Shown one piece after another: positions 17,503-25,087 of a stretch of DNA of 25,087 bases (its first letter is position 1; each line of letters begins with the position of its first letter). The translations under genes and the position numbers were made by a program. The DNA lies in assembly GCA_003232175.1 (NCBI GenBank), contig QILX01000011.1, positions 1-25,087 on the forward strand, given 5' to 3'. Under the pieces are notes generated by a model. The model did no database searches. It had not been told where the DNA came from and was given only the letters and a program-made list of their open reading frames with translations. This stretch comes from Hyphomicrobiales bacterium (GTDB lineage Bacteria; Pseudomonadota; Alphaproteobacteria; Rhizobiales; SZUA-8).

Positions 17503-18000
17503 ATGGCGGGTTCGGTCAACAAAGTGATTCTGGTGGGCAATCTTGGCGCTGACCCGGAAATCCGGCGCACCCAGGACGGACGGCCCATCGCCAATTTGCG
17601 CATTGCTACTTCGGAAAACTGGCGCGATAAAAATACCGGCGAACGGCGTGAACGTACCGAATGGCACCGGGTGGTGATCTTCAATGAAGGGCTGTGCAAG
17701 GTCGTCGAGCAATATGTAAAAAAGGGCTCCAAGGTCTATATCGAGGGCCAGTTGCAGACCCGAAAATGGGAGGATCAGTCCGGCCAGGAGCGGTATTCTA
17801 CCGAAGTGGTGCTCCAGGGGTTTGGCTCAAATCTGACCATGCTTGACAGCCGTCAGGGCGGTGGCGACCGGCCGTCGGATTTCTCCTCGGGCGGAGATTT
17901 TGGCTCGTCCAAGCCCCTTGATCAAAACCGTGGTGGCCAGGGGCGCGGCGACGGTGGAAAAGCTCCGGCGGACGATTTTGATGACGAAATACCGTTTTAG
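17503..18000 (+). CDS. ssb: Single-stranded DNA-binding protein
   Basis: [47 protein letters not shown]-terminal DDEIPF. Confidence 0.98.
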   Translation: MAGSVNKVILVGNLGADPEIRRTQDGRPIANLRIATSENWRDKNTGERRERTEWHRVVIFNEGLCKVVEQYVKKGSKVYIEGQLQTRKWEDQSGQERYSTEVVLQGFGSNLTMLDSRQGGGDRPSDFSSGGDFGSSKPLDQNRGGQGRGDGGKAPADDFDDEIPF

Positions 18001-18947
18001 GGCGCAGCCGGAGCGGATTTAGGCAGTCCCGCCAGATGATGCCTGAGTGACTGCACTTCGATATAAAGCCGGGTGACTTCAGGAAATCCTGCCTTGATTT
18101 TGGTTTCGATGTCGAAAATGGCATTATCCGCTTCGCTGACGCTGTCGTCCTCATCAAAATCAATCGAAAGCGCCAGCAAGACATCGTTTGGCCCCATATG
18201 CATGGTGCGCAGCTCGTTCAGATGGCGCACCGAAGACGTGGCCGAAACAATGTCGCGCACGCCGGAAACCAGTTCGTCCTGTGCCGCCTCGCCAATCAAA
18301 AGCCCCTTGGTTTCACTAGCCAGCAACATCGCCGTTAGCGCCAGAATGATGCCAATGACGATTGATGCGGCGCCGTCGGCCCATTCAACATCGAGATATT
18401 GAGCGGCAAGAATACCGAACAAGGCCACAAGCAGACCGGCCATGGCAGCGGTGTCTTCGAATAGCACGATAAAAATGGTCGGGTCCTTGGAGCGCCGGAC
18501 CTCTTCGAAAATGCCGCGCGTGCCCCGGGTCCGGTTGAAGGCCCTATAGGCGATGGTCCAGGCCACGGCCTCGAAGATAATGGCGAACCCAAGCACCAGA
18601 TAGTTGATCATCGGGTTGGTGATGGGGTGCGGGTTGAGAATTTTCTGCACCCCCTGATAGCCTGAGACCCCGGCGCCAACGGCAAAGATCATTATGGCGA
18701 CGACAAATGCCCAGAAATAAATCTCGCGCGAATAGCCAAACGGGTGGGCGGCATCCGCCGGTCGGTTCGAGCGGTGAATGCCATAAAGCAGCAGGCCCTG
18801 ATTGCCGGTATCGACCACCGAATGGACCGCTTCGGACAACATGGCCGAGGATCCGGTTATTGAGGCGGCGACAAATTTAGTTATAGCAATCAGCCCGTTA
18901 CCGATTAGAGCGGCGTAAATTACCTTTTTTGAGCCCTGCGTTGCCAT
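17997..18947 (-). CDS. Cation diffusion facilitator (CDF) transporter
   Basis: ATG 18947 follows [36 protein letters not shown], and a soluble C-terminal domain (LRTMHMGP). Its stop overlaps the ssb stop. Confidence 0.92.
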   Translation of the reverse strand: MATQGSKKVIYAALIGNGLIAITKFVAASITGSSAMLSEAVHSVVDTGNQGLLLYGIHRSNRPADAAHPFGYSREIYFWAFVVAIMIFAVGAGVSGYQGVQKILNPHPITNPMINYLVLGFAIIFEAVAWTIAYRAFNRTRGTRGIFEEVRRSKDPTIFIVLFEDTAAMAGLLVALFGILAAQYLDVEWADGAASIVIGIILALTAMLLASETKGLLIGEAAQDELVSGVRDIVSATSSVRHLNELRTMHMGPNDVLLALSIDFDEDDSVSEADNAIFDIETKIKAGFPEVTRLYIEVQSLRHHLAGLPKSAPAAP

Positions 18948-19342
18948 GGGTACGTCCCCCCCTTTAACTTTACAACATGAAGCGACGATCATGTCGTTAT
19001 TGAACGCCCCATGTAAAACCCAAATGCCAACGTTTTGACAAAGACGGCCCGGACCTGCGTAAATCAGAAACTAGTCTCCGGGAAATCCGCCTCTGAGTTT
19101 TAGCGGTGGCGTCAGGCGTTATCCCGATGAACAGGGCGCTAGAGTGTCCGAATGCCATGGCCAGTTGACCATTTTGCTGAGCTGGGTGGATAGGACCCCG
19201 ATCACCCCCCGAAGTCTTACCTTACGCCATGCCTCGATAATGCTATCAAACCTTGCCCCTCAAGGGGCGGGACCTGATATAACTTTGCGGTAGAGAATCA
19301 CACGGTTTGCGGCCAATGCCGCACCGGACAGAAAGGCCGACT

Positions 19343-22165
19343 TTGGCAGACAATGAAAACAATGGCGGCGATGCAACTGTAACGCCGCCACCAAGCGGCC
19401 CCACGGGCATTTTACCGGTTACCATCGAGACCGAAATGTCGCGGAGCTATCTCGATTACGCCATGAGCGTCATCGTCTCCCGGGCGCTCCCCGATGCCCG
19501 CGACGGGCTGAAACCGGTGCATCGGCGCATCCTTTATGCGATGCATGAGAGCGGCTACGACTGGAACAAGGCTTACAAGAAGTCTTCGCGTGTCGTTGGC
19601 GATGTCATGGGTAAATACCACCCCCATGGCGATCAGGCGATTTATGATGCCCTGGTGCGCATGGCCCAGATCTTTTCGTTGCGCCTGCCCCTGGTCGATG
19701 GCCAGGGTAATTTCGGCTCTGTCGATGGCGATCCCCCCGCCGCCATGCGGTACACCGAAGTGCGCATGGCCAAGGTGGCCCATACGCTGCTTGCCGACAT
19801 CGACAAGAACACGGTCAATTTCCGCGATAATTACGACGGCTCGGAAAGCGAACCTGAGGTTTTGCCGGCACGCTATCCCAACCTTCTGGTCAATGGCGCC
19901 GGCGGCATCGCCGTTGGCATGGCGACCAATATCCCGCCCCACAATCTGGAGGAAGTGGTCGATGGCTGCCTGGCGCTGATCGACAATCCTGAAATGGCCG
20001 ATGAAGACCTGCTCAAACTTATTCCAGGACCAGATTTTCCCACCGGCGGCATTATTCTGGGTCGGGCGGGGATACGTTCGGCCTATCTCACCGGACGGGG
20101 GTCGGTGCTGGTGCGCGGGCGGACGCGTATCGAGGAGATCCGTAAAGACCGCGACGCCATCATCATCGACGAGATTCCCTATCAGGTGAACAAGGCGACG
20201 ATGATCGAGAAGATCGCCGATCTGGTGCGCGACAAGAAGCGCGATGAATCCGACCGTGACGGCATGCGGGTGGTCATCGAGCTGAAACGCGATGCGGTGG
20301 GCGATGTCGTGCTCAACCAGCTCTACCGCTTTACCCAGCTGCAAAGCTCCTTTGGCTGCAACATGGTGGCGCTCAATGGCGGGCGGCCCGAGCAGATGGT
20401 GCTGCGCGATATGCTGCAGGCGTTCATCACCTTCCGTGAAGAGGTCATCACCCGGCGCAACAAATTCCTCCTCGGCAAGGCTCGCGACCGGGCTCATGTC
20501 CTGGTTGGCCTCGCCATCGCGGTGGCCAATATTGATGAGGTCATCGCCCTCATCCGGGCAGCCTCCAACCCCGCGGAGGCCAGGGCCGAACTGATGGGCA
20601 AAACCTGGCCGGCCAAGGATATGGAGCCTCTAGTTCGCCTCATCGCCGATCCGCGCCATGGCGTGGCTGAAGATGGAACCTACCGTCTTTCCGAAGCTCA
20701 GGCCCGGGCGATATTGGACTTGCGCCTGCAGCGGCTGACAGCCCTAGGTCAGGACGAAATCGGCGATGAGCTGAAATCCCTTGGCGAAGAGATTGCCGAT
20801 TATCTCGACATCCTGAGGAGCCGTGCCCGCTTGGTTGAGATCGTGCGCAACGAGATGATCGAGGTGCGTGATGAATTTGCTACCCCGCGCCGTACCCAGA
20901 TTGTCGATGGCGGGTTCGAACTTGAAGACGAGGACCTGATCCAGCGCGAGGACATGGTCGTCACCGTCTCCCATGGCGGTTATATCAAGCGGGTGCCGCT
21001 CTCGACCTACCGGGCCCAGCGACGCGGCGGCAAGGGTCGCACGGGCATGAAAACAAAAGAGGAAGATTTTGTCGGCAAGCTCTTTGTCGCCAACACCCAC
21101 ACGCCGATCCTGTTTTTCTCCACCTCAGGCATGGTCTACAAACTCAAAGTCTGGCGCCTGCCCATAGGCAGTCCCACCGCAAGGGGACGGGCCATGGTCA
21201 ATATCCTTCCCCTGGATCCGGGCGAGACCATCACCTCGATCATGCCGCTGCCCGAGGATGAGGAGAGCTGGTCGCGGCTCAACGTTATGTTCTCGACCGT
21301 CAGCGGCGGCGTGCGCCGCAACGAGTTGACCGACTTTGTTGATGTGCGCGCCAACGGCAAGATCGCCATGAAGCTGGGCGAGGGCGACAGTATCGTCGGC
21401 GTCGATACCTGCACCATGCATGACGATGTGCTGCTGACTACTGCCTATGGCCGCTGTATCCGCTTTTCGGTTGGTAATGTGCGGGTGTTCAAAGGGCGGG
21501 ATTCGACTGGAGTTCGCGGCCTTTCCCTGAGCGATGGGGACAAAGTGATCTCAATGTCGATCCTGTACCACTATGATGCAACTCCGGCTGAAAGAGGGGA
21601 ATATTTACGTCGCGCCAATGCGTTGCGGCGGGCTCTTAATGAAGAACTTGAAGAAGAGGCGGCCCCGGACCTCGATGAGGAGACCGGGTCGGGGATCGAG
21701 TTGGGCGAGAGCCGTTATGCTGACATGAGCGCCTCGGAGCAGTTCATCCTGACCATCTCGGAAAATGGCTATGGCAAGCGCTCATCGTCGTTTGAATATC
21801 GTGTCTCTGGACGAGGCGGCAAGGGCATCATCGCCATGACCACCTCGGACCGTAACGGCCAGCTGGTGGCCTCCTTCCCGGTCGAGGACGATAACCAGAT
21901 TATGCTGGTGACCGATGGCGGCCAGGTCATCCGCTGCCCGGTGGCGGGCGTGCGCGTCGCCGGGCGCTCCACCCAAGGTGTGACCATTTTCGACGTCGCC
22001 GACGGCGAGCGGGTCGTTTCCGTCGAGCGTCTGTCGGATTTCGAGGGCGACGACGAGGATGAAATTGAGCATGATGCGGAGGAGGACGATGGACCCGGCC
22101 CTGACGGTGAAGACGGCGATGCGCACTCCAGTGACGCCGCTGGTCCGGCGGATGATGAGGGATAG
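19343..22165 (+). CDS. gyrA: DNA gyrase subunit A; apparent in-frame 21-nt deletion at 20239/20240
   Basis: TTG start after [32 protein letters not shown], catalytic AAMRYTE, GyrA-box QRRGGKG, beta-pinwheel repeats, acidic tail. Confidence 0.97.
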   Translation: MADNENNGGDATVTPPPSGPTGILPVTIETEMSRSYLDYAMSVIVSRALPDARDGLKPVHRRILYAMHESGYDWNKAYKKSSRVVGDVMGKYHPHGDQAIYDALVRMAQIFSLRLPLVDGQGNFGSVDGDPPAAMRYTEVRMAKVAHTLLADIDKNTVNFRDNYDGSESEPEVLPARYPNLLVNGAGGIAVGMATNIPPHNLEEVVDGCLALIDNPEMADEDLLKLIPGPDFPTGGIILGRAGIRSAYLTGRGSVLVRGRTRIEEIRKDRDAIIIDEIPYQVNKATMIEKIADLVRDKKRDESDRDGMRVVIELKRDAVGDVVLNQLYRFTQLQSSFGCNMVALNGGRPEQMVLRDMLQAFITFREEVITRRNKFLLGKARDRAHVLVGLAIAVANIDEVIALIRAASNPAEARAELMGKTWPAKDMEPLVRLIADPRHGVAEDGTYRLSEAQARAILDLRLQRLTALGQDEIGDELKSLGEEIADYLDILRSRARLVEIVRNEMIEVRDEFATPRRTQIVDGGFELEDEDLIQREDMVVTVSHGGYIKRVPLSTYRAQRRGGKGRTGMKTKEEDFVGKLFVANTHTPILFFSTSGMVYKLKVWRLPIGSPTARGRAMVNILPLDPGETITSIMPLPEDEESWSRLNVMFSTVSGGVRRNELTDFVDVRANGKIAMKLGEGDSIVGVDTCTMHDDVLLTTAYGRCIRFSVGNVRVFKGRDSTGVRGLSLSDGDKVISMSILYHYDATPAERGEYLRRANALRRALNEELEEEAAPDLDEETGSGIELGESRYADMSASEQFILTISENGYGKRSSSFEYRVSGRGGKGIIAMTTSDRNGQLVASFPVEDDNQIMLVTDGGQVIRCPVAGVRVAGRSTQGVTIFDVADGERVVSVERLSDFEGDDEDEIEHDAEEDDGPGPDGEDGDAHSSDAAGPADDEG

Positions 22166-22191
22166 AGGTTTTCGAACCAAGGTAATCCAGC

Positions 22192-22809
22192 ATGCCGGTT
22201 TCTCCCGAAGTCCTCCTGACCTTCGTTCTAGCCTCGATCGCCATTGTCGTCGTGCCGGGGCCGACGGTGACGGTTATCATCGCCAATTCCATGGCCCATG
22301 GCTCTCGCGCGGGTTTTCTCAATATTGCCGGAACCCAGGCCGGGCTCACATTGATCATTTCGGTGGTCGCGTTCGGCCTGGCGGCTCTGATCCAGACCAT
22401 GGCCTTTTGGTTCGACTGGCTGCGGCTCGCCGGCGCTGCCTATCTGGTGTGGCTTGGCCTTCGACTGTTTTTTTCCGAGACGGAAGACAATACGGTGGCG
22501 GCGGCCAAGAGCGACGGTGGATTCTTCTGGCAAGGGGTAACCGTTATCCTCACCAACCCAAAGGTGCACCTGCTGTTCGGTGCATTTTTGCCGCAGTTCG
22601 TCGATCCCTCGGGCAATACGATCTGGCAGATCATCTTCCTCGGCTTGGTATTCATGGCCGTTGCCACGGTTTTTGATGGCGTTTATGCTGTGGCAGCTGG
22701 GCGGGCGGGGCATCTTTTGTCGGCGGCGCGGGGCCGGTTGGTGCGGCGTATCAGCGGCGGATTCCTTATAGGTGGCGGCGTGTGGCTGGCAACGTTGCGC
22801 CAATCCTGA
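22192..22809 (+). CDS. LysE/RhtB-family amino-acid exporter
   Basis: PGP motif (VVPGPTV), GAAYLVWLG, LTNPK, FLPQFV; about six hydrophobic segments. Confidence 0.92.
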   Translation: MPVSPEVLLTFVLASIAIVVVPGPTVTVIIANSMAHGSRAGFLNIAGTQAGLTLIISVVAFGLAALIQTMAFWFDWLRLAGAAYLVWLGLRLFFSETEDNTVAAAKSDGGFFWQGVTVILTNPKVHLLFGAFLPQFVDPSGNTIWQIIFLGLVFMAVATVFDGVYAVAAGRAGHLLSAARGRLVRRISGGFLIGGGVWLATLRQS

Positions 22810-22903
22810 CCCTTGGGCATTTGCCTTGTCGCGGACCGGGCGCGCGGCCGGTAGCCGTCATCGGCATTGCATCTGGGCGTCGGCACGGGTAAGAGGCGGC
22901 CCT

Positions 22904-23398
22904 ATGGCACGTATTGCACTTTATCCCGGCAGCTTCGATCCGTTGACCCTGGGGCATATCGACATTGCCCGGCGGGCCTTTGCACTCGCCGATACACTGG
23001 TGGTCGCCATTGGTACCCATCACGGCAAAATTCCGGTTCTGGACGTGGCCACCCGGACGGCCCTTGTCGATACCGAAATTGCCCCTCTGGCCGGACATGC
23101 CGGGGGCCGGCTCAAGGTCATGACCTTCGATGGCCTGGTGGTCGATGCGGCCCGTACCGCCGGCGCCACGCTTCTGGTGCGCGGGGTTCGCAATGTTACT
23201 GATTTTGATTATGAAATGCGCATGTCGCAGATGAACCGCGCCCTTGAAGCAGGGATCGAAACGGTGTTTCTGGCCGCAGGATCCGATGTCGGCTTTATAT
23301 CCTCAACTCTGGTCCGGCAGATTTCCGCCATGGGCGGCGATGTTTCCGCCTTTGTGCCTGCTTCAGTCCAAGACGCTCTTGGTCGGGTACGCTCTTGA
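22904..23398 (+). CDS. coaD: Phosphopantetheine adenylyltransferase
   Basis: ATG 22904 after AGAGG. YPGSFDPLTLGH, VRGVRNVTDFDYE, ISSTLVRQI. Confidence 0.96.
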   Translation: MARIALYPGSFDPLTLGHIDIARRAFALADTLVVAIGTHHGKIPVLDVATRTALVDTEIAPLAGHAGGRLKVMTFDGLVVDAARTAGATLLVRGVRNVTDFDYEMRMSQMNRALEAGIETVFLAAGSDVGFISSTLVRQISAMGGDVSAFVPASVQDALGRVRS

Positions 23399-23426
23399 AC
23401 TTCCCTTATTTTTGAAAGGATACCTC

Positions 23427-23966
23427 ATGCAGACCATTCTGCTTTCGTCCGTCGGCCTGCTGTTCGCCATGGCCGCCATGGCGCCCGCCGCCAGCCAGCC
23501 GCTTGACCCTGAAAACACACTTTTTCTCGATCTGGATTCGGGCCGGGTCGTAATCCGCCTCAGGCCCGATCTGGCGCCAAAACATGTTGAACGGGCCAAG
23601 GCGCTCACCCGCCAGGGCTTTTATGACGGTATCGTCTTTCACCGGGTGATCGACGGTTTCATGGCCCAGACCGGCGATCCCACCGGCACCGGCTCCGGCG
23701 GCTCCGATCTGCCTGATCTGCCGGCCGAGTTCAGCGAAGAAGCCTATAAGCGTGGCACCATCGGCGCGGCCCGGACCAACGATCCCGATACCGCCAACAG
23801 CCAGTTTTTCATCACCTTTGGCGACGCTTCCTTCCTCAACGGCCAGTACACCGTCTGGGGCGAGGTGGTCGAAGGCATGGACTTTGTCGACCAGATCAAA
23901 AAGGGCGAACCTCCCGCCGACCCGGACAAGATCATCCGCATGCTGGTTGCCGCCGACGCCAAATAG
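23427..23966 (+). CDS. Cyclophilin-type peptidyl-prolyl isomerase with a predicted signal peptide
   Basis: RBS AAAGGA and a hydrophobic leader. LAPKHV, FYDGIVFHRVIDGFMAQTGDP, ANSQFFI, YTVWGEV. Confidence 0.94.
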   Translation: MQTILLSSVGLLFAMAAMAPAASQPLDPENTLFLDLDSGRVVIRLRPDLAPKHVERAKALTRQGFYDGIVFHRVIDGFMAQTGDPTGTGSGGSDLPDLPAEFSEEAYKRGTIGAARTNDPDTANSQFFITFGDASFLNGQYTVWGEVVEGMDFVDQIKKGEPPADPDKIIRMLVAADAK

Positions 23967-24017
23967 TGCAGGAGCGCAAACGCCCCCCGGGGTTCATCCA
24001 GGTAAATTGGGCAAACC

Positions 24018-25087
24018 ATGAAAGTCGCTGCGTTCGATTTCGATCTGGCCGACGAGTTGATCGCGCTGCATCCTGCAAATCCGCGCGATGCCAGCCGGCT
24101 GCTGGTCGTCTCGGGGTCCGGAACCTTCACGGACCGGCATACGCGCGACCTTGCCGATCTGTTGCGGCCTGGCGATGCTCTGGTCCTCAACGACACACGG
24201 GTCATCCCGGCAGCCCTTGAAGGGGTGCGAATGCGGGCAGGGTCGCCAGACGGGACACAAGGGGCCAGAGTTGCCTTCAACCTTAACCGCCGGCTGGCAT
24301 CTGATCGCTGGCAGGCCTTTGCGCGGCCGGCAAAACGCCTGCGCGCCGGGGATACAGTTCGTTTTGGTCAAAGTGGTGGCGGCGCGGTGTGTGGACGAAG
24401 TGGTCTTTCGGCCCGAGTTGAATCGGACCCCGAGGCCGGCGAGATTATTCTAAGTTTTGAATTTTCCGGACCGGACCTTGATTCCGCTATTGCCGCCCTT
24501 GGTGAAATGCCGCTGCCGCCATACATTGCTTCGCGCCGCGCGCCAGGGGATCAGGACCGATCCGACTACCAGACCATATATGCAAGTGAGGACGGCGCTG
24601 TCGCCGCCCCGACCGCCGGGCTGCATTTTACCCCGGAGCTGTTCGCGCGGCTGGACGCAAAAAACATAGACCGTCATTTCGTCACTTTGCATGTGGGTGC
24701 TGGCACTTTTCTGCCGATGCGTGGTGATACCGTGGAGGCCCATAACATCCACGCCGAGTGGGGCACGGTTTCTGGCGATGTCGCCGACGCCCTGAATCGG
24801 ACCCGGCGCGGCGGCGGGCGCATTGTCGCGGTTGGCACCACGTCGCTGCGCATATTGGAAACTGCGGCTGACGCGCACGGTCATATCGCTACCTTTTCCG
24901 GCGATACCAGCCTCTTCCTCAAACCGGGCTACCAATTCCGCACCGCCGATCTGCTGCTGACAAATTTTCACCTGCCCAGATCATCGCTGTTCGTGCTTGT
25001 TGCCGCCTATGCCGGGCTGGCTCCCATGAAGGCGGCCTATGCCCACGCCATCGCGGAGCGTTACCGGTTCTATTCCTATGGCGATGC
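24018..25087 (+). CDS. queA: S-adenosylmethionine:tRNA ribosyltransferase-isomerase; 3' end lies beyond the window
   Basis: Open from ATG 24018 to the edge (missing from the ORF track because no stop is in the window). [57 protein letters not shown]. Confidence 0.96.
   Translation, partial: MKVAAFDFDLADELIALHPANPRDASRLLVVSGSGTFTDRHTRDLADLLRPGDALVLNDTRVIPAALEGVRMRAGSPDGTQGARVAFNLNRRLASDRWQAFARPAKRLRAGDTVRFGQSGGGAVCGRSGLSARVESDPEAGEIILSFEFSGPDLDSAIAALGEMPLPPYIASRRAPGDQDRSDYQTIYASEDGAVAAPTAGLHFTPELFARLDAKNIDRHFVTLHVGAGTFLPMRGDTVEAHNIHAEWGTVSGDVADALNRTRRGGGRIVAVGTTSLRILETAADAHGHIATFSGDTSLFLKPGYQFRTADLLLTNFHLPRSSLFVLVAAYAGLAPMKAAYAHAIAERYRFYSYGD

Noticed and set aside
19412-20497. 361-aa minus-strand ORF
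   Set aside because: Antisense shadow of gyrA. The same applies to the many other 60-200 aa ORFs overlapping the assigned genes.
1-25087. Endosymbiont-style genome decay as the cause of the broken genes
   Set aside because: High GC, intact accessory genes and regulatory sites, and no substitution-derived stops. The lesions hit essential genes, the opposite of relaxed-selection decay.

Overview
GC-rich alphaproteobacterial (probably Hyphomicrobiales/Rhizobiales-like) core chromosome. Gene order: tyrS(-, runs off left edge) | anmK(+) | alpha/beta hydrolase(-) | iscR-iscS-sufB-sufC-sufD-sufS-sufT-sufA(+) | GGEEF diguanylate cyclase(-) | DEAD-box helicase(-) | parE(-) | VOC/glyoxalase(-) | ssb(+) | CDF transporter(-) | gyrA-lysE-coaD-cyclophilin-queA(+, runs off right edge). 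I found no mobile element, CRISPR array, rRNA or tRNA, and no clearly new multi-gene system. Three things stand out. (1) Seven 4-21 nt lesions sit in otherwise pristine genes: inferred ~4-nt deletions in tyrS, iscS and sufS; exact 10-, 7- and 4-nt tandem duplications in the cyclase (two) and the helicase; and an in-frame 21-nt deletion in gyrA. Because essential genes are hit, a consensus/assembly artefact is the most likely cause, although the duplications could be reversible switches. (2) A perfect alphaproteobacterial LexA box overlaps predicted divergent promoters for ssb and for a VOC-fold gene that sits where uvrA usually is, upstream of parE. (3) The suf promoter carries a near-perfect 37-bp palindrome plus an ICE-like box, in front of a six-cysteine IscR with a C-terminal tail. 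All translations, alignments and motif calls were made by eye; no database search was run.
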